Shown in pieces: positions 1 through 13,339 of a stretch of DNA of 64,000 nt. Below the pieces are notes generated by a model. It was not told the DNA's origin. It worked only from the letters and a program-made list of their open reading frames with translations, and did no database searches. The translations under genes and the position numbers were made by a program. The stretch spans positions 15,500,001-15,564,000 of the forward strand of contig JAQFVV010000008.1 in assembly GCA_028023455.1 (NCBI GenBank), in the 5' to 3' direction. Source of the DNA: Epiperipatus broadwayi. Taxonomy: Eukaryota > Animalia > Onychophora. Each line of letters starts with the position of its first letter. Within the stretch, counting starts at the first letter, position 1.

Positions 1-165
1 AATTCCTTTATCTTTTTCAATATATCTTTCCACAATTGTCCTAACAATACCATCTCTTGTGCTTTTCCCTTTCCAAAAACCAAACTGTTCTTCACCAATA
101 TAATAATCTACCTTCCCATAAATCCTTTGAGATATTAAGATGCCAGTCAGTATTAGAAACGTGGT
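1..165 (-). mobile_element. RTE-clade LINE reverse transcriptase fragment
   Basis: Minus-strand translation gives GEEQFGFWKGKSTRDGI..RTIVERYIEKDK, matching the RTE RT domain-1/2 motif (EEQFGFR.GKSTRDAI). Confidence 0.8.
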
Positions 166-306
166 TACTAAAATCAATAAAACTTTAGAAGAAAAATAGT
201 CCAGTAATCAATAAAATTACAAAGTAAATATATTACACCATTAAAAAATATTAAGTTTTACGTGAAGATTTTAGAAGAAACAATGTCATGATAAACACTA
301 ACTTAC

Positions 307-399
307 TTCACAATCATTAATATATGAATCAGTATTAGCAGAAATTTTTTTTAATAAAAAATAATTTAAAAATAACTTTTGCATCAGTCTATATGAAGA
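307..399 (-). CDS. Exon of minus-strand RRM-like protein gene (phase 0-0; SSYRLMQKLFLNYFLLKKISANTDSYINDCE)
   Basis: Long polypyrimidine tract plus ctacag acceptor, GAA|gtaagt donor, 93 bp open frame, phase-compatible with exon 12163-12030. Confidence 0.65.
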
Positions 400-950
400 C
401 TGTAGACAAAGATCAAATGACAAAAAAAATAAAAATAACATCAAGACATTTACTGCAGAAAATTTAATGACTACTTGAGTTTTTTTGAATTTATCATCAG
501 TAATTTTCAATTGTAAAAAATACAGGTTTTAATTTTTTTTCTGAGAGGTGGTGATTGGGTGAAGACATCACTGAATCAATATGATAACTTTAGCAAAGAA
601 TCTATGGAAAAGAGTGATACCAAATCACTTTCTACAAAAATTCAATGCCATATTTTTAAGCTAATCATCACTAATTTTCATCACAAAAAAAAAAAATAAA
701 GATATATATATATTTTGAGAAAGTGAATGATTGATTGAACGCATTCAAATACATATCTCAATTTAAGTACAATATAGTATATAAATATGTAAATGAGCTC
801 TTTTTCTCTTTCTTTTAATTATTACAGCTTTTTTTTCAAAAATACATTATTCTATTTCTATGTTCATTATTTTTATTGACATTTTAATGTATCATAAATA
901 CGCATATAAATGTTAAAATTCCTATATTGAATATATATATATATATAACA

Positions 951-1013
951 TGGATTGAACTTGCAGAGACCTTCATCCTGCAGTGGATTGATAATGGTTG
1001 AATGATAATAATG
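951..1013 (+). mobile_element. 3' tail of RTE-type LINE
   Basis: gagaccttcatcctgcagtgga...tgataataatga resembles the typical RTE 3' terminus (gaggccttcgtcctgcagtgg...tgatgatga). Confidence 0.5.
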
Positions 1014-1295
1014 ACTAAAGACAATAAAGCCAATAGCTCGAGGCTTTAATAGGGTTATTAAAAGAGATTGAACTGACTACAGATTGAGACTATTGATAGC
1101 TTAAGGATTGATTGTTATCATATAAGATTAACTATTATCTGGAAACTTTATATCAGCATGAAGATTTAAACCACATATCATGGATATGATAGTTGTAGTG
1201 TGTATTAATATAACTTAATTAATATTAAAAAACAAATGATTTGATTTCCTCAGTATATGTAAAATTGAGAATTTTTAATGGACATTCACAAACAA

Positions 1296-1363
1296 AGGCA
1301 AAAACTCTCCATACAACAATTATGTGCTAGTATGAGATGGTGATCATGTGATGTTTAGTGGTT
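1296..1363 (+). repeat. Internally deleted copy of the interspersed repeat at 32619-32831
   Basis: aggcaaaaactctccata and atgagatggtgatcatgtgatgtttagtggtt match the two ends of the reverse complement of 32619-32831. Confidence 0.75.
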
Positions 1364-3229
1364 TGACATTCATAAACCTTATTACACATACATATTTCAT
1401 ATATAATATACGATAAAACATAAATTAGAAAGATGTGAAATTGACCAACTGAATGAATATACATAAAGATTTATATAGCAAGTAAAAATAAGTTATTGTA
1501 AAAGATAAAGAAGACAGTGATCTCAGCACATATCATGTTTTTAATAATCAGTCCATAGGTACTCATCTGATCAATCCAAATGAACTCAAGGCCTTTACTG
1601 CTAAATACTCAATTATTGACTAATATTCAATCGTTTGTTATGTTATGACCAGAAATATTTCATAGTTTGTGATCAGAATTACTTCATGATACACTTGCAA
1701 AAGATTTAAACTCTAGATAAGAGCTATGGTGAGCAAATATAATAATCATAAGAACTTTTCGTTTCTTATTATGTAGACAAACAATATGAAAATTAAAAAC
1801 CAATAAACTTTTATCAACAACTGATTTCATATTTATTAAACATTAATTGTTATATAAGAAATTAAGCCAAGTAAATAATGATATTACATAATTAGATATT
1901 CATGTTTAGAGATTATATAGATATAAGTTAAGGTCTCTTTACAAAAGTGAGCAACTTGGCAATAAGTATAAAAATTGAAGAAAATCTATGAATTATATTG
2001 GAAATATAATTAGAGATAGAAAAAATTATAAAGTTGAATCATGAGTGTAGAGTATGATTATTTCAGAGAGAAATAGCTCTGGGTAAAGAAAGTGGCTTGG
2101 TTTGAGATGTGAGCTTCTTATCAAATAATTAATGATGATATTTTTTTAATAATTTACTTTAATAAAATTAAATTTTGAATTTTTTTATTGATCTAAATGA
2201 TAGGATTTAAATTCAACTGTAGGAATTTCATTTTTGTTATAATTTTGAATGCATTTTAAATCATTTTTTAGAGTAAATTTAATTATTATAAGTATAAAAT
2301 TGATTTTTATATTTAATAAATTCATTTTATTTTTATAAATTCACTTGTTTAGATTTTTAATAATAAAGAATTTACTTTATAATATTTAAAATGTAGTAAT
2401 AACTTAAATGTGTTTATGCTGTATATTTAAAGATAAGCATAATTATCCATAGTTATAGAAATTAGTTATAAAGCTAAAATATTCATTGATCTCTAATTAA
2501 AAATAATGTTATTTTCAAACTGAACTACTCCATGTATATATATATATATGTACATCACAGTATAACTGCCAAAGCTTACTTAAGCCATGAATCTATAATC
2601 TATTGTTAGACAATCTGTATATGTAAAAAACGGATTCCATTCTAGTGTGACCTCTTAATATAGACAAAGAAAGCTGTTGAAACAGTTAAGATTTTTATAT
2701 TCCTAGCAGTTTAAATAAACCCCAAAAAACAAGCAAATATAACATATTTTAAAAGAAGCTTAATAAAAAGTTATTTTTAAAATGTTCATATCCAAACCCC
2801 ATTGCTATTCATTATTATTTAGAGTAATTCTGAAGTGGCATAAAGCTGGAAGGGGAGGTGCAAATCATGTGTTAACGATTAAAGCATGAATCTATTTATA
2901 GAACTTGTCTTGACAACATAGTGTAGATTTATGATTTGATAATCATTATCAGTTATCAGGTGATTTGTATTTGAAATACAATTTTAAAAAAGCTGATTTT
3001 GGTAATATTTTATTATCCCCTTTACTGTAAATATACATGTGAACATTTAAGAGTAGTATATAGACTGAATTATGTAGATTCATATTATATATTATAATTT
3101 AATATATTTCATATTGTTAAAAATAATCAATTTAAAACAATAATTTAACAGACAACTTACTATATATGAAAAAATTATTTAATACATCAACTCGGCTTTT
3201 ATTCCTTAATGGAACCTTTTCAAGATGTG

Positions 3230-6200
3230 ACTTTTTCCACAATCACATGCAGTACGATGCACTATGGCTTCACCTTTATCGGAGTCAGGACTCTCTCACC
3301 CACTATGTCCAGAGAAACCTGTTAGCCACCTTACCTTCCCTTTCCATTCCCAGCCCTAAGTTTTTCCCATATTCTTCTCTATCGTGCTACATCCCTTTTC
3401 CACATCATCTTTGTCCACTTTATGACCTTTTTATCTAGATCCCCTTATTTTTTTTCCAAACCCAGCATAAATACCAAGAACTCACTTTCTGTATAATCAC
3501 TTTGTTTATATTTATCCTACCACAACTTCATTATTTGCACCCTTTCTGCTTGTAAGCATTTATATCCAATTAATAGATGCCTAATATTTTCTATGCCTTC
3601 CTTACATAACTGGCAGACTAAATCACCCACATTCTTCATTTATTTATACAATCCCTTGTTGCTAATGATCCTGTTTTGAGCCTTAAACAGTAAACTACTT
3701 TCCTTGCTATTATCATAAGTTAACTCATACCCAATATTCTGTTTACTTCTATATATATTTAAACTTTTTACTCTCTATACTAGTTCTCCATTTCTCCAAC
3801 TCTCTATTTTTTAGTAATGCATCTATTCTTCTATTCCATTCTTTGCCACTATAACACTCAACAATTCTCCTAATATAATCATCCCATCATTTATACAAGT
3901 ATACTGACATTTATCCAAATCTTCTGCATACTGTACTACCTTTCTCATCCATCTTGTTGCCTGATGTTTATTTGTAACCAATTAAATACTATTTTGGCTA
4001 TTCTCTTACTATCCATAAATTGCAATCTACCAAACATTTTCGTGTTGCTTTTTGCACCTCTCATATAAAAACTTAACCATCCCCATTTCTCCTTGAAATG
4101 TGTCTTTTGTCATCCACACATTTGCATCTAATGCGTGTCTAACTACTTCTCTTAAATACTTTTGCTAATTAATCTAACACCCTTTACTAACACATAACAT
4201 GTCGTTACCATAGGTTAACCCTGCCACTCCATTCCATATAATTCTTACTACATCATATTTTTTATATGAAAATACTTAATTTCTTTATCAGTCCCTTTCT
4301 TGTCTTTGCTTCATTTATCAATTTTTTCTCCCATTCAAGTAAGTAATTTCTGATTACTTAAGATGATTCCCAAATAGTTATACCTATTTACCATATTTAA
4401 TTTTATTTCCCCCAATAAAAATTCTTGTTCTTCACTTTCCCCAGTATTTACCATCATCACTTTTGACTTTTCTTCATTAAATTTAATCCTCATCCCTTTA
4501 CCCATCCTTGTGCACATATTCAGCATAACTTCCAAACTTTCCCTACTTTCTGTGCAAAAAAAAGATATTAGCAAATAAAAAACCTGATAATATATAACTC
4601 CCTTGCCCCTATTAATGGTATCCCTACCCCTATACCTAGTCTATTGCTCTCTCCATTTCTCTCAAATATAATTTAAAAAAATTAGGTAGCATAGGATATT
4701 CTTGCTTTAGACCCACCCTATTTTTAACTCTAAATGATTCTATATTTTTTAATTGATATGTATAGTAATTATTTTCATACAATCTCTTAATAAGATCCAA
4801 TAAAACTCCATTCATTCCCAAATTTACTAAACTTATCCATAATCTATTTCTATTTACTCTATCATATGCCTTCTCTATATCTATAAAGACCGTATATAAT
4901 TGTCTACCTGTATATCTACAAATTGTGTGACTACAAATAAACTATCTCCTATATACCTATCTGATCAAAAACCTCCTTGCATTTCTTGCACTATATTATT
5001 TTCTTCCATTTATTTTGTCACTCTTCCAGTCACCACATATGCAAAAACTAAACAATGACATTACCGCTATTGGTCTATAATTGCTATCTAGAAATCCTTC
5101 TGTGCCATCTTATTAAAACATGATAATAAATTTAATTTTGCCCTATTTCCCAAATTCATCACCATTTCTGCTGCCTTTTCACTTTTTAATTTCGTCCCTG
5201 CCTCATTCAATTCATTTTGTGTAAAACTAATATTTCCATTACTATGTGCTTTTATGTTTGTTATCACCTTGTCTTTCACATCTAACATCTTTTCTATATC
5301 CATTACATAGTTATTTAAGATTGTCACTAATTCTTCTCTAGAGCTACTCTTTTTCCTCATCATTTAGTAATACTACTTTCCTTTCCCCTATATCCTTTCT
5401 TTTAATGTATTTCCAAAAATGTTTACTCCCAATCTCATCGACTTTTATTAATATCCTCCAATAATTTACTATTTAATTTCGTTCTCTCTCTATAATTAGC
5501 TATTTTAGCCAACTTGTTTTTTTAAAAATAGTTTTCTCATTTAATATTCACATTTTGTTCACTTTCTTTGTTTTTAATAGCACATTTATATTCTGCACAT
5601 GCTTTTTTCATCTCCTTCCAATAATTTACTATTTAATTTTGTTCACTCTATAATTAACTATTTTAACCAACTTTTTTTAAAAATAGTTTTTCCATTTAAT
5701 ATTAACATTTTGCTCATTTTCTTTGTTTTTAACAACACATTTATATTCTGCACATGCTTTTTCCCTCTCTTTTATATTTTTACTAATTCTCACTTTTCTA
5801 TTATTTTTAGTCTTCTGAATATTCTCACCTAACATCCTATTTAACAATTTTTCTATTTCATTATACTAGTCCTTATATTCATTCCCAAGAAACTCTTCCA
5901 TGATTTTTTTTCTATTTTTATTTTATATACTTCTAATTTATTCTTATCATTCATTCTACTTTTATTATTATTTTCCATCACCTTACTTATATCCTGCACA
6001 TGCTTTTTCCCTCTCTTTTATATTTTTATTAATTCTCACTTTTCTATTACTTTTATTCTTCTGAATATTCTCACCTAAGATCCTATTTACCAATTTTTCT
6101 ATTTCATTATACTAGTCCTTATATTCATTCCAACAAACTCTTCCATGATTTTTTTCTATTTTTATTTTATATACTTCTAATTTATTCTTATCATTCATTC

Positions 6201-8210
6201 TACTTTTATTATTATTTTCCATCACCTTACTAACCATTTCTACTATAAAAAAAACTATGATCACTATTACATATTCTCTCTTCATTATCAAACACTTTAA
6301 TTTTCTGTACTTCCTTCATTCCCTCTTTCTCTAATAATACATAATCTATTATGAGGGGTCTATTTTAAAATTTCCAATGTTCAAATTCATTCTCAGACAA
6401 AAAAATTTCAAAATCGATCCATTCTTGTTATCCACATCATCAACTTCTTCAATATACCCATTTATAACCCCTATAACCATTACTTTCTTTCCCCCTTTTT
6501 TTTAAACTCTGTATATTATTAACTAGGCATTCATATATGCTACTGTTCCACTCCAATATAGCTTGATTATTTCCAGCAGCCACATAAACTATAGCCATCA
6601 TCTATTCTTGCTTTCCTAACCTTATCTCAAACCACAAATGTTCTTCGTACTTTGCAATATTTAAATACTTTTTTTGACATAATTCATATACTATTACCTT
6701 TTTTTTCTTTTCATTATCTATTTATACCCTGCTATACAAAATCGTCCAGTATAGGTTCTTCTTCTTTTAGATGTGTTCCACTACCATTAATACCCCAAGC
6801 CCTTCACTTTTAACTGCTTTGTTTAATTGCAGCCACTTTTCTGATTTTTTACCATCTTGCATATTCAAATATCCAATTTTAACAATTTCTTCCTTTCTTA
6901 CTATCCTTTTATAAATTCTTTTGACTCTTTCTTTTCTATTACATTTGTAATTAGCTTGTTTCTCATTAATTTTACACACACATTCCTTCACATCTACATT
7001 TATATCTAAATCAGCTACCCTTTGTTTACTTCTTCTTATCCATCAATTCTTAATCTTTTTGATATGTAATTTAAAACCCTATCTCCCTTTATAAGTTTCC
7101 CAAACTTTAATATTTTTCATAAATCAAACTCACTAATGCTTCACTTCCTTGTTTTGCTAAGTACAATCCATCTCTACTATATAACTCCCTCTTACTAATA
7201 AAAAAAATCCCACACATCCACAAACATAATATTTCTCTTGCATAATTTTTTTAATCTCTCATTTATAGAACATACCCTATCTAACATATACCTATTGTCA
7301 AATCTTGATAGTAATCCAATTACTCCTACTCTTCCTTTAACCTTATTCATATTACTAATCAAGCCTTTGTCCTCATCCATTATTCTCTCCAAAGGCTCTG
7401 ACAAATTATTTGTCCCTACCATAACATAAACATCTCTACTCTCGTTTCTTTACTTTATATGTAACATCCCTAATTCTAATTCCAGACAAACATACTCTTA
7501 CATACTTATTTCTATTTTCTCTGGTAATTACATCCCCACATCCTTTAATTAGTGAATCCTCTATCAAGATTGTCTCATATTTTACTTTCTCTACTTCATC
7601 TATAACATTCTCTTACACCTTTTGGACTTTTTTTATCTACTTCTTCCTCATTGTTTCTATTCATTAATTCCTTGATCTGTTCACACTTCATGTCTAATAC
7701 TTTTAATTTTACTTCTACATCCTTTACCCCTTCCTCTATCTTATTTATTCTTTGCCTAACTATCTCAATTGCATAACATTTTGTCATCCATATCTCCTGG
7801 CACTCCACTAAATATATACACTATCTTTCTTATCTACATTTTTGTCCATTTCTCCTGACTTTTTAAATTATCTACACTTAGAAATCATTTTCACCTCTTT
7901 TATCACATTTATGCATGGTCCACACAACCACACACCTTTTATATCCTTCCTAGTTTTTTTTTTAAGCATTTCAAATAAAAAACCTTAACACATATGGTAT
8001 ACTCTATCAGAGCATACCTAATTTCCTTCTAACCACCATACATACATTGTGGGATATAAATATTTTCCTACTCTATATTTAAATTTAAAATTTTTCTACT
8101 ACTCTTCAAACCACTTCATACAAAAAGGAAAAAAAAAAATTTTTTAAATGACAACCAATAAACATTTGCTTCCTAAACTTACACTTTAAAATGTTATCTT
8201 CTCTCTCAAA
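3230..8210 (-). mobile_element. Degraded near full-length LINE, RTEX/L2-like: ORF1 PHD + coiled coil + SGNH esterase; ORF2 APE endonuclease + RT
   Basis: PHD-like GVWLCGPC (~7911-7936); esterase VGTNNL...IGLLSRFD...INERLKKLC...FVDVWDFF (7195-7422); APE start KIGYLNMQ...LGVLMVVEH (6767-6991); RT motifs EEMQGGF, FIDIEKAYDRV, VGLKQ, IKFNEEKSKVM, YNYLGIILS (4335-5000). Many stops and frameshifts. Confidence 0.85.
5454..6231. repeat. Two adjacent tandem duplications (period 160 and period 246) inside the LINE ORF2 linker
   Basis: ataatttact... recurs at 5461 and 5621; ctgcacatgctttttccctctc... recurs at 5748 and 5994, ending ...tttccatcaccttact. Confidence 0.9.
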
Positions 8211-11200
8211 TAAAGCACTCACTTAAATTGAATACAAACCTCCTAAAATCCAACTAATCTTACGTATGACTTAGTTTTAAAGTCTTCTTGCAGCAAACAA
8301 ATACATACACAAAAAATATTTTTTCCTTTCATATTTAAAATGGCATATTGAATCATTTCCCAAATGTTAGCTATATTTTTCTCGATCTTTCCAAATCCAA
8401 TTAAATCTATCTTTTGTGCTCCAATTCTCTTTTCTCATTCACTCACTAAGCAAATATTCTCCAGCAACAGAAAATTTTCCAGATGGAACATATCAGCCAC
8501 ATCAACACAGCAAGATATGTACAGAATTTTAGATATTTAATTTTTTTATTTCATAATACATTGCCAAATCTCATTAAATGAATTTCTGTTATTTTATTTC
8601 AGCCATCTCTGTAACTTATCTTCTTATTAACTTTATTCAAGTCTAAGCTATTTTAATATTTTAAAACAATTTGTAAGTTGTAGTCTAAATCTGGAGTATT
8701 TCTGATGGTTAGAGATATCATTTGATGCTATTATATTTCTCAATAGTTTGTTTCCAGCTTGGCATCTTATCTAGTCATTTTACTCTACAGCAACTCCCCC
8801 AGTGGACACTTTACATAACATTACAATAAATATAATTATTAAAATATATACATTAAATATAATTAGTAAAATACATATACATACAAAAAAAAAAAATGAT
8901 TAAACTTATTACAATCCTTTTTTTCGCCTCTCATAATATATAGATATTTACAAATAATCTGGAAAAAAAAAAACAATAACAATAATCCCTTCCTTTTATT
9001 TTTAAAATTATAACTCTATTTTCCAATAATCTAATAATGCCTATTTCCTCTTAATTGTGCTGGATCTTAATGATGTTTAAACATTTATTTAAATTTTTTT
9101 GAATATAGTCTCATAACATTTTCCTACCTTGTAATTTTTAACATACTTTATTACTTGAATATTTTTTTTACAATTCATTTTATATTCAGTATCCAAAAAA
9201 TGTATATATAGTCCTGATCTTAATTGCCCTATCATGATTCTTACTCTTTCCATGGCAATATTTCCTGGCTGACTTATATATATCATATTTTCAAAGAACA
9301 CAACTAAGTTTATAAACCAACCCTATCCTATTTTAATATTACCCATCCTTTTTTAATTATACATCCATTTCCCTAAAGATTTACTATTTTCCTATCCTAT
9401 TTTAATATCATCAGGTACCTTTTCTTTTATCAATGTCTTATATTTTTAGAGAAAGACTTTAATGTTTATCATATGTGCTTGAACATTTATAATAATCAAA
9501 CAATGTTTTTTTGTGATTACAGAGGTACCTCTCAAACACTGAGTATGGAACTGAAACCCACTTCCTAATTGTATATCCATGCCTTATACTAACTTTTGTG
9601 TTATTATTATTTCTGAAAATCTTTTTAATATCTTTCCTTTTATATTCCATACTTCTGTTCAAATGCTTTTTTTATATTCCGAGTTAATTTATTTCATATT
9701 GCGCATGAGTGTTTGCTGTATTTATATATATAGGTCATGAAAAAATAAAACATATATTTTACATATTCTTATATCTTTATTAATGATAAATAAAAATGCC
9801 AAACTATACATACATAAAGAATATCACCACTTTCAACATGTCAACAGAGTTATAAAAATGTATAATAATGACATATTTTTGTTTACTATAGCAATCTGTC
9901 TCTTGTGATAATTATAATAATTTTATTTTATCATAAGATTAGTTTATAGCCTTATCAATAGAAATATACTGATAATAAAACAATATCAGAGATTACATTT
10001 AAAATAAATGCAAATATAAATATTTATTTGTGTATCAAAAATGTGTTTTTATTTATAAACTATATGTTAAGTATTTTTTAAAAAAATATGATTTAATAAT
10101 TTAGAATAACTATGAAAATATTTAGACTTTATTATTGTATTATTATTATTATCGGGAATTGGAATTAAAACCATGCTTTATTAAAAAAAAAAAAGATTAA
10201 GTAAAGCAACTTGGAAACAAAAAAAATAAATAAAAAATTTAAAAACAATGTGCAAAATTAAGCAGAATATAAAATAAATAGTCATGAAATTGTTTTTTTA
10301 TTATTATTCATATAGAAATAAAATCATATTCATCAGGGAGCAACACTGATATATGTTTGGAAAATCTCAGTCCAGCTGATGCACACAAAATACTGCCATT
10401 TTACATTAACTAACTTCCCTCATCTTGACTAAATCTATGTTATAGTTACATCCTCTAAGCTAAATAAAAGATATTTTGATATTAATGATTTATGCTTAAA
10501 TAAAACAATTATTCATGTAACTCTATAAACTTTACTTCTTTCCTTTGTATTTTGTAATTGAATATAGAATGTAGTTCACTAGTAATTATATTAAAAAATA
10601 TTAGTTATTCAAAGTTAAACATTATGTTAAATAATTCGAATTTTATAAATGAACTTAAGTCAACTTTGCCATGCCTTTCACTCTTTTTTGTTCATCAATA
10701 TTATATAAATTATAGTGAAAAACAAACACCACCCCCTATAAACTATTACCCCAAAAATATTTTTACCCCCCCCCCCCCCCCCCCCCACCTTTTCCCCGGG
10801 GGTGGGTTATTTTTAATGTAAAAGAGTATATTAATGTGAATTTGTAATTCTTGTGCATTTATTTTTACCTATAACTTTAAATATGACTTTAATGCCAAAT
10901 AGATATGCATATAATTTATTGATTTATATGTTTTCTGAAAAAAAAGGCAGGGAAAAAATTAAATCAATTGATTTCTGCTGCAATTGCAGCAAATTAAAAT
11001 AAAGTAGAGTAAGATAAATCTACTGATTAAAGTATGATCAAGATAATAACTGCATTGTAAATTAAGACATTAATTTTAAAATTATATGGCTTCTGATATT
11101 GAAAATCATGTAGATTTCTTTACCAACATGTTTCTACATTTTTGATACTTCTTTAATTATATTGCCTAATGTATTAGTATTTAAATTAATTACTTAATTC

Positions 11201-11232
11201 TAAGGAATAATACTCCTTTATGCTGTTTATCG

Positions 11233-11955
11233 TATAATAACAACTTATAAATACATTAACATAATAATTATATATATAAAAGCCTTTTTCAGTAATTCTA
11301 ATTTTTTTTACCCTTTTCAATATAATACCTCCTACTAATACTAACACGTATATTATGTACATAGCGACGTCTACTGACATTTCTTATAATTCATTATTTC
11401 TATCAATTTATTTATATATTTCCCTTTATATTACTTTCCATTCTTTACCCATTACCCAATCATTCGTTAAATCAATTGACTTTTTGTAAATGTTCATACA
11501 TGTATTTATATTATATTTTATATAATTTGTTCCATATATTTTCCTTCTATTTATTTCCTTTATATGATTTAATGGTCTTCTCAAAGATAATATTTATTAA
11601 TATTTAGTCATTAAAAAAACTATTTGAATACATCTGTTAAAATCAAGGAAATAAATAGAAGGAAAATATATGAAACAAATTATATAAAATATAATATAAA
11701 TACATGTATGAACATTTACAAAAAGTCAAATGATTTAACGAATGATTGGATAATGGATAAAGAATGGAATATAATATATAAAGGCAAATATATAAATAAA
11801 TTGATAGAAATAATGAATTATAGGAAATGTCATATATGTGTTAGTATTAGTAGGAGGCATTATATTGAAAAGGGTAAAAAAAAATTAGAATTATCAAAAA
11901 AGGCTTATATATATATATAATTATTATGTTAATGTATTTATAAGTAGTTATTATA
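11233..11955. mobile_element. Fold-back (inverted repeat, ~320-bp arms) of a Penelope-like 3' end
   Basis: 11233-11560 is the reverse complement of 11645-11955, with small indels. ORF 11624-11920 begins KIKEINRRKIYETNYIKYNINTCMN...LTNDW, resembling the PLE GIY-YIG C-terminus. Confidence 0.7.
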
Positions 11956-12029
11956 ATATAATAAAGATTTATTTTACATTTTATAGATTATTTAAATTAA
12001 ATATTAATTTAAAATAAAAAAGGCTTAAC

Positions 12030-12163
12030 CTCTGTTGATTCATTGCCAACTTGTATATTTCTAAAATATCTTGAATCACAATGGTTTTTGAACCAGAACT
12101 GTATGTGTGTCCGCATTTTATTATATCTCCCATGACAACAGATAATGCTATTCACTATAGCAT
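12030..12163 (-). CDS. Exon of minus-strand RRM-like protein gene (phase 1-0; DAIVNSIICCHGRYNKMRTHIQFWFKNHCDSRYFRNIQVGNESTE)
   Basis: tttcctatag acceptor, GAG|gttaag donor, open frame inside ORF 12009-12365, phase-compatible with the flanking exons. Confidence 0.6.
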
Positions 12164-12384
12164 CTATAGGAAATATAATAAAACAAATAATCATAAAAAA
12201 TATTAATTCTTTTGACACTATTATTTCTTTATGGTTAGCACATGGATGATTTTCAGCACTTTTATAAAAAGTACTCAACTTGCTACATAATTGGTAATTC
12301 AAAAAAATGCATGATATTAATTTATATATAGATTTATATATCAAATCATCTATAATCAGAAACAATATAACATTTTATTATTAT

Positions 12385-13339
12385 CATTCATTGATAATAT
12401 TTGTCTAAATCGCATATTGTTAATAAATTAGTAATAAATGAAAGTTAGCTTGTCTTTCACATACGCAATTGTCTCTCAGCCAGCCAATCAAATTTTAAAC
12501 AGCTGTCTTAAGATCGATCAGGCTTCGACAACATGACAGAGATTTCGATAAGAAAAAGACAACACCAACCTTTTCTCAACTTAACTTTTTATATATATAT
12601 AAGCCAGTCCTAAGCATCTTGGCCTGAAAGCTTGAATATATAAACATATACACTTATCATTCATTGTGTTATTAATTTAAGATATTACGGTGCAAAATCT
12701 CAGATTTACCACACCGCAATTTTCTAGATGTTAATATAATTTATCAGCAACGTATGTAAATAATATTTGTCTAAATCGCATGTTCTTAATAAATTGGTAA
12801 TAAATGAAAGTTTGCTAGTCTTTCACATGCGCGATTGTCTCTCAGAGAGCCAATCAGATTTTAAGCAGCTGTCTTAAGAACGATCAGGCTTCGACAACAT
12901 GACAGAGATTTCGATAAGAAAAGGATGACACCAACCTTTTCTCAACTTAACTTTCATTTATTACCAATTTATTAACAACATGCGATTTAGACAAATATTA
13001 TTTACATACGTTGCTGATAAATTATATTAACATCTAGAAAATTGTGGTGTGGTAAATCTGAGATTTTGCGCTGTAATATCTTAAATTAATAACACAATGA
13101 ATGATAAATGTATATGTTTATGTATTCAAGCTTTCAGGCCAAGATGCTTGGGACTGCTTATATAGATAAAAAGTTAAGTTGAGAAAAGGTTGGTGTCATC
13201 CTTTTCTTATCGAAATCTCTGTCATGTTGTCGAAGCCTGATCGTTCTTAAGACAGCTGTTTAAAATCTGATTGGCTGTCTGAGAGACAATCGCGCATGTG
13301 AAAGACTAGCAAACTTTCATTTATTACCATTCATTGATA
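12385..13339. mobile_element. Non-coding tandem + inverted repeat element with 12-bp target-site duplication (probably PLE pLTR-derived)
   Basis: Unit a (12397-12590) is repeated directly at 12760-12953; 12442-12812 is inverted at 12950-13328; cattcattgata flanks both ends (12385-12396, 13328-13339). Confidence 0.8.

Noticed and set aside
2540-2900. Possible Tc1 remnant (RVILKWHKAG)
   Set aside because: Too short; no DDE motif or paired TIR.
3166-3438. ORF-track ORFs on the plus strand over LINEs (also 5599-5832, 7238-7429, 46513-47063, 42492-42813)
   Set aside because: Antisense shadows of minus-strand LINE sequence or low-complexity AT-rich frames.
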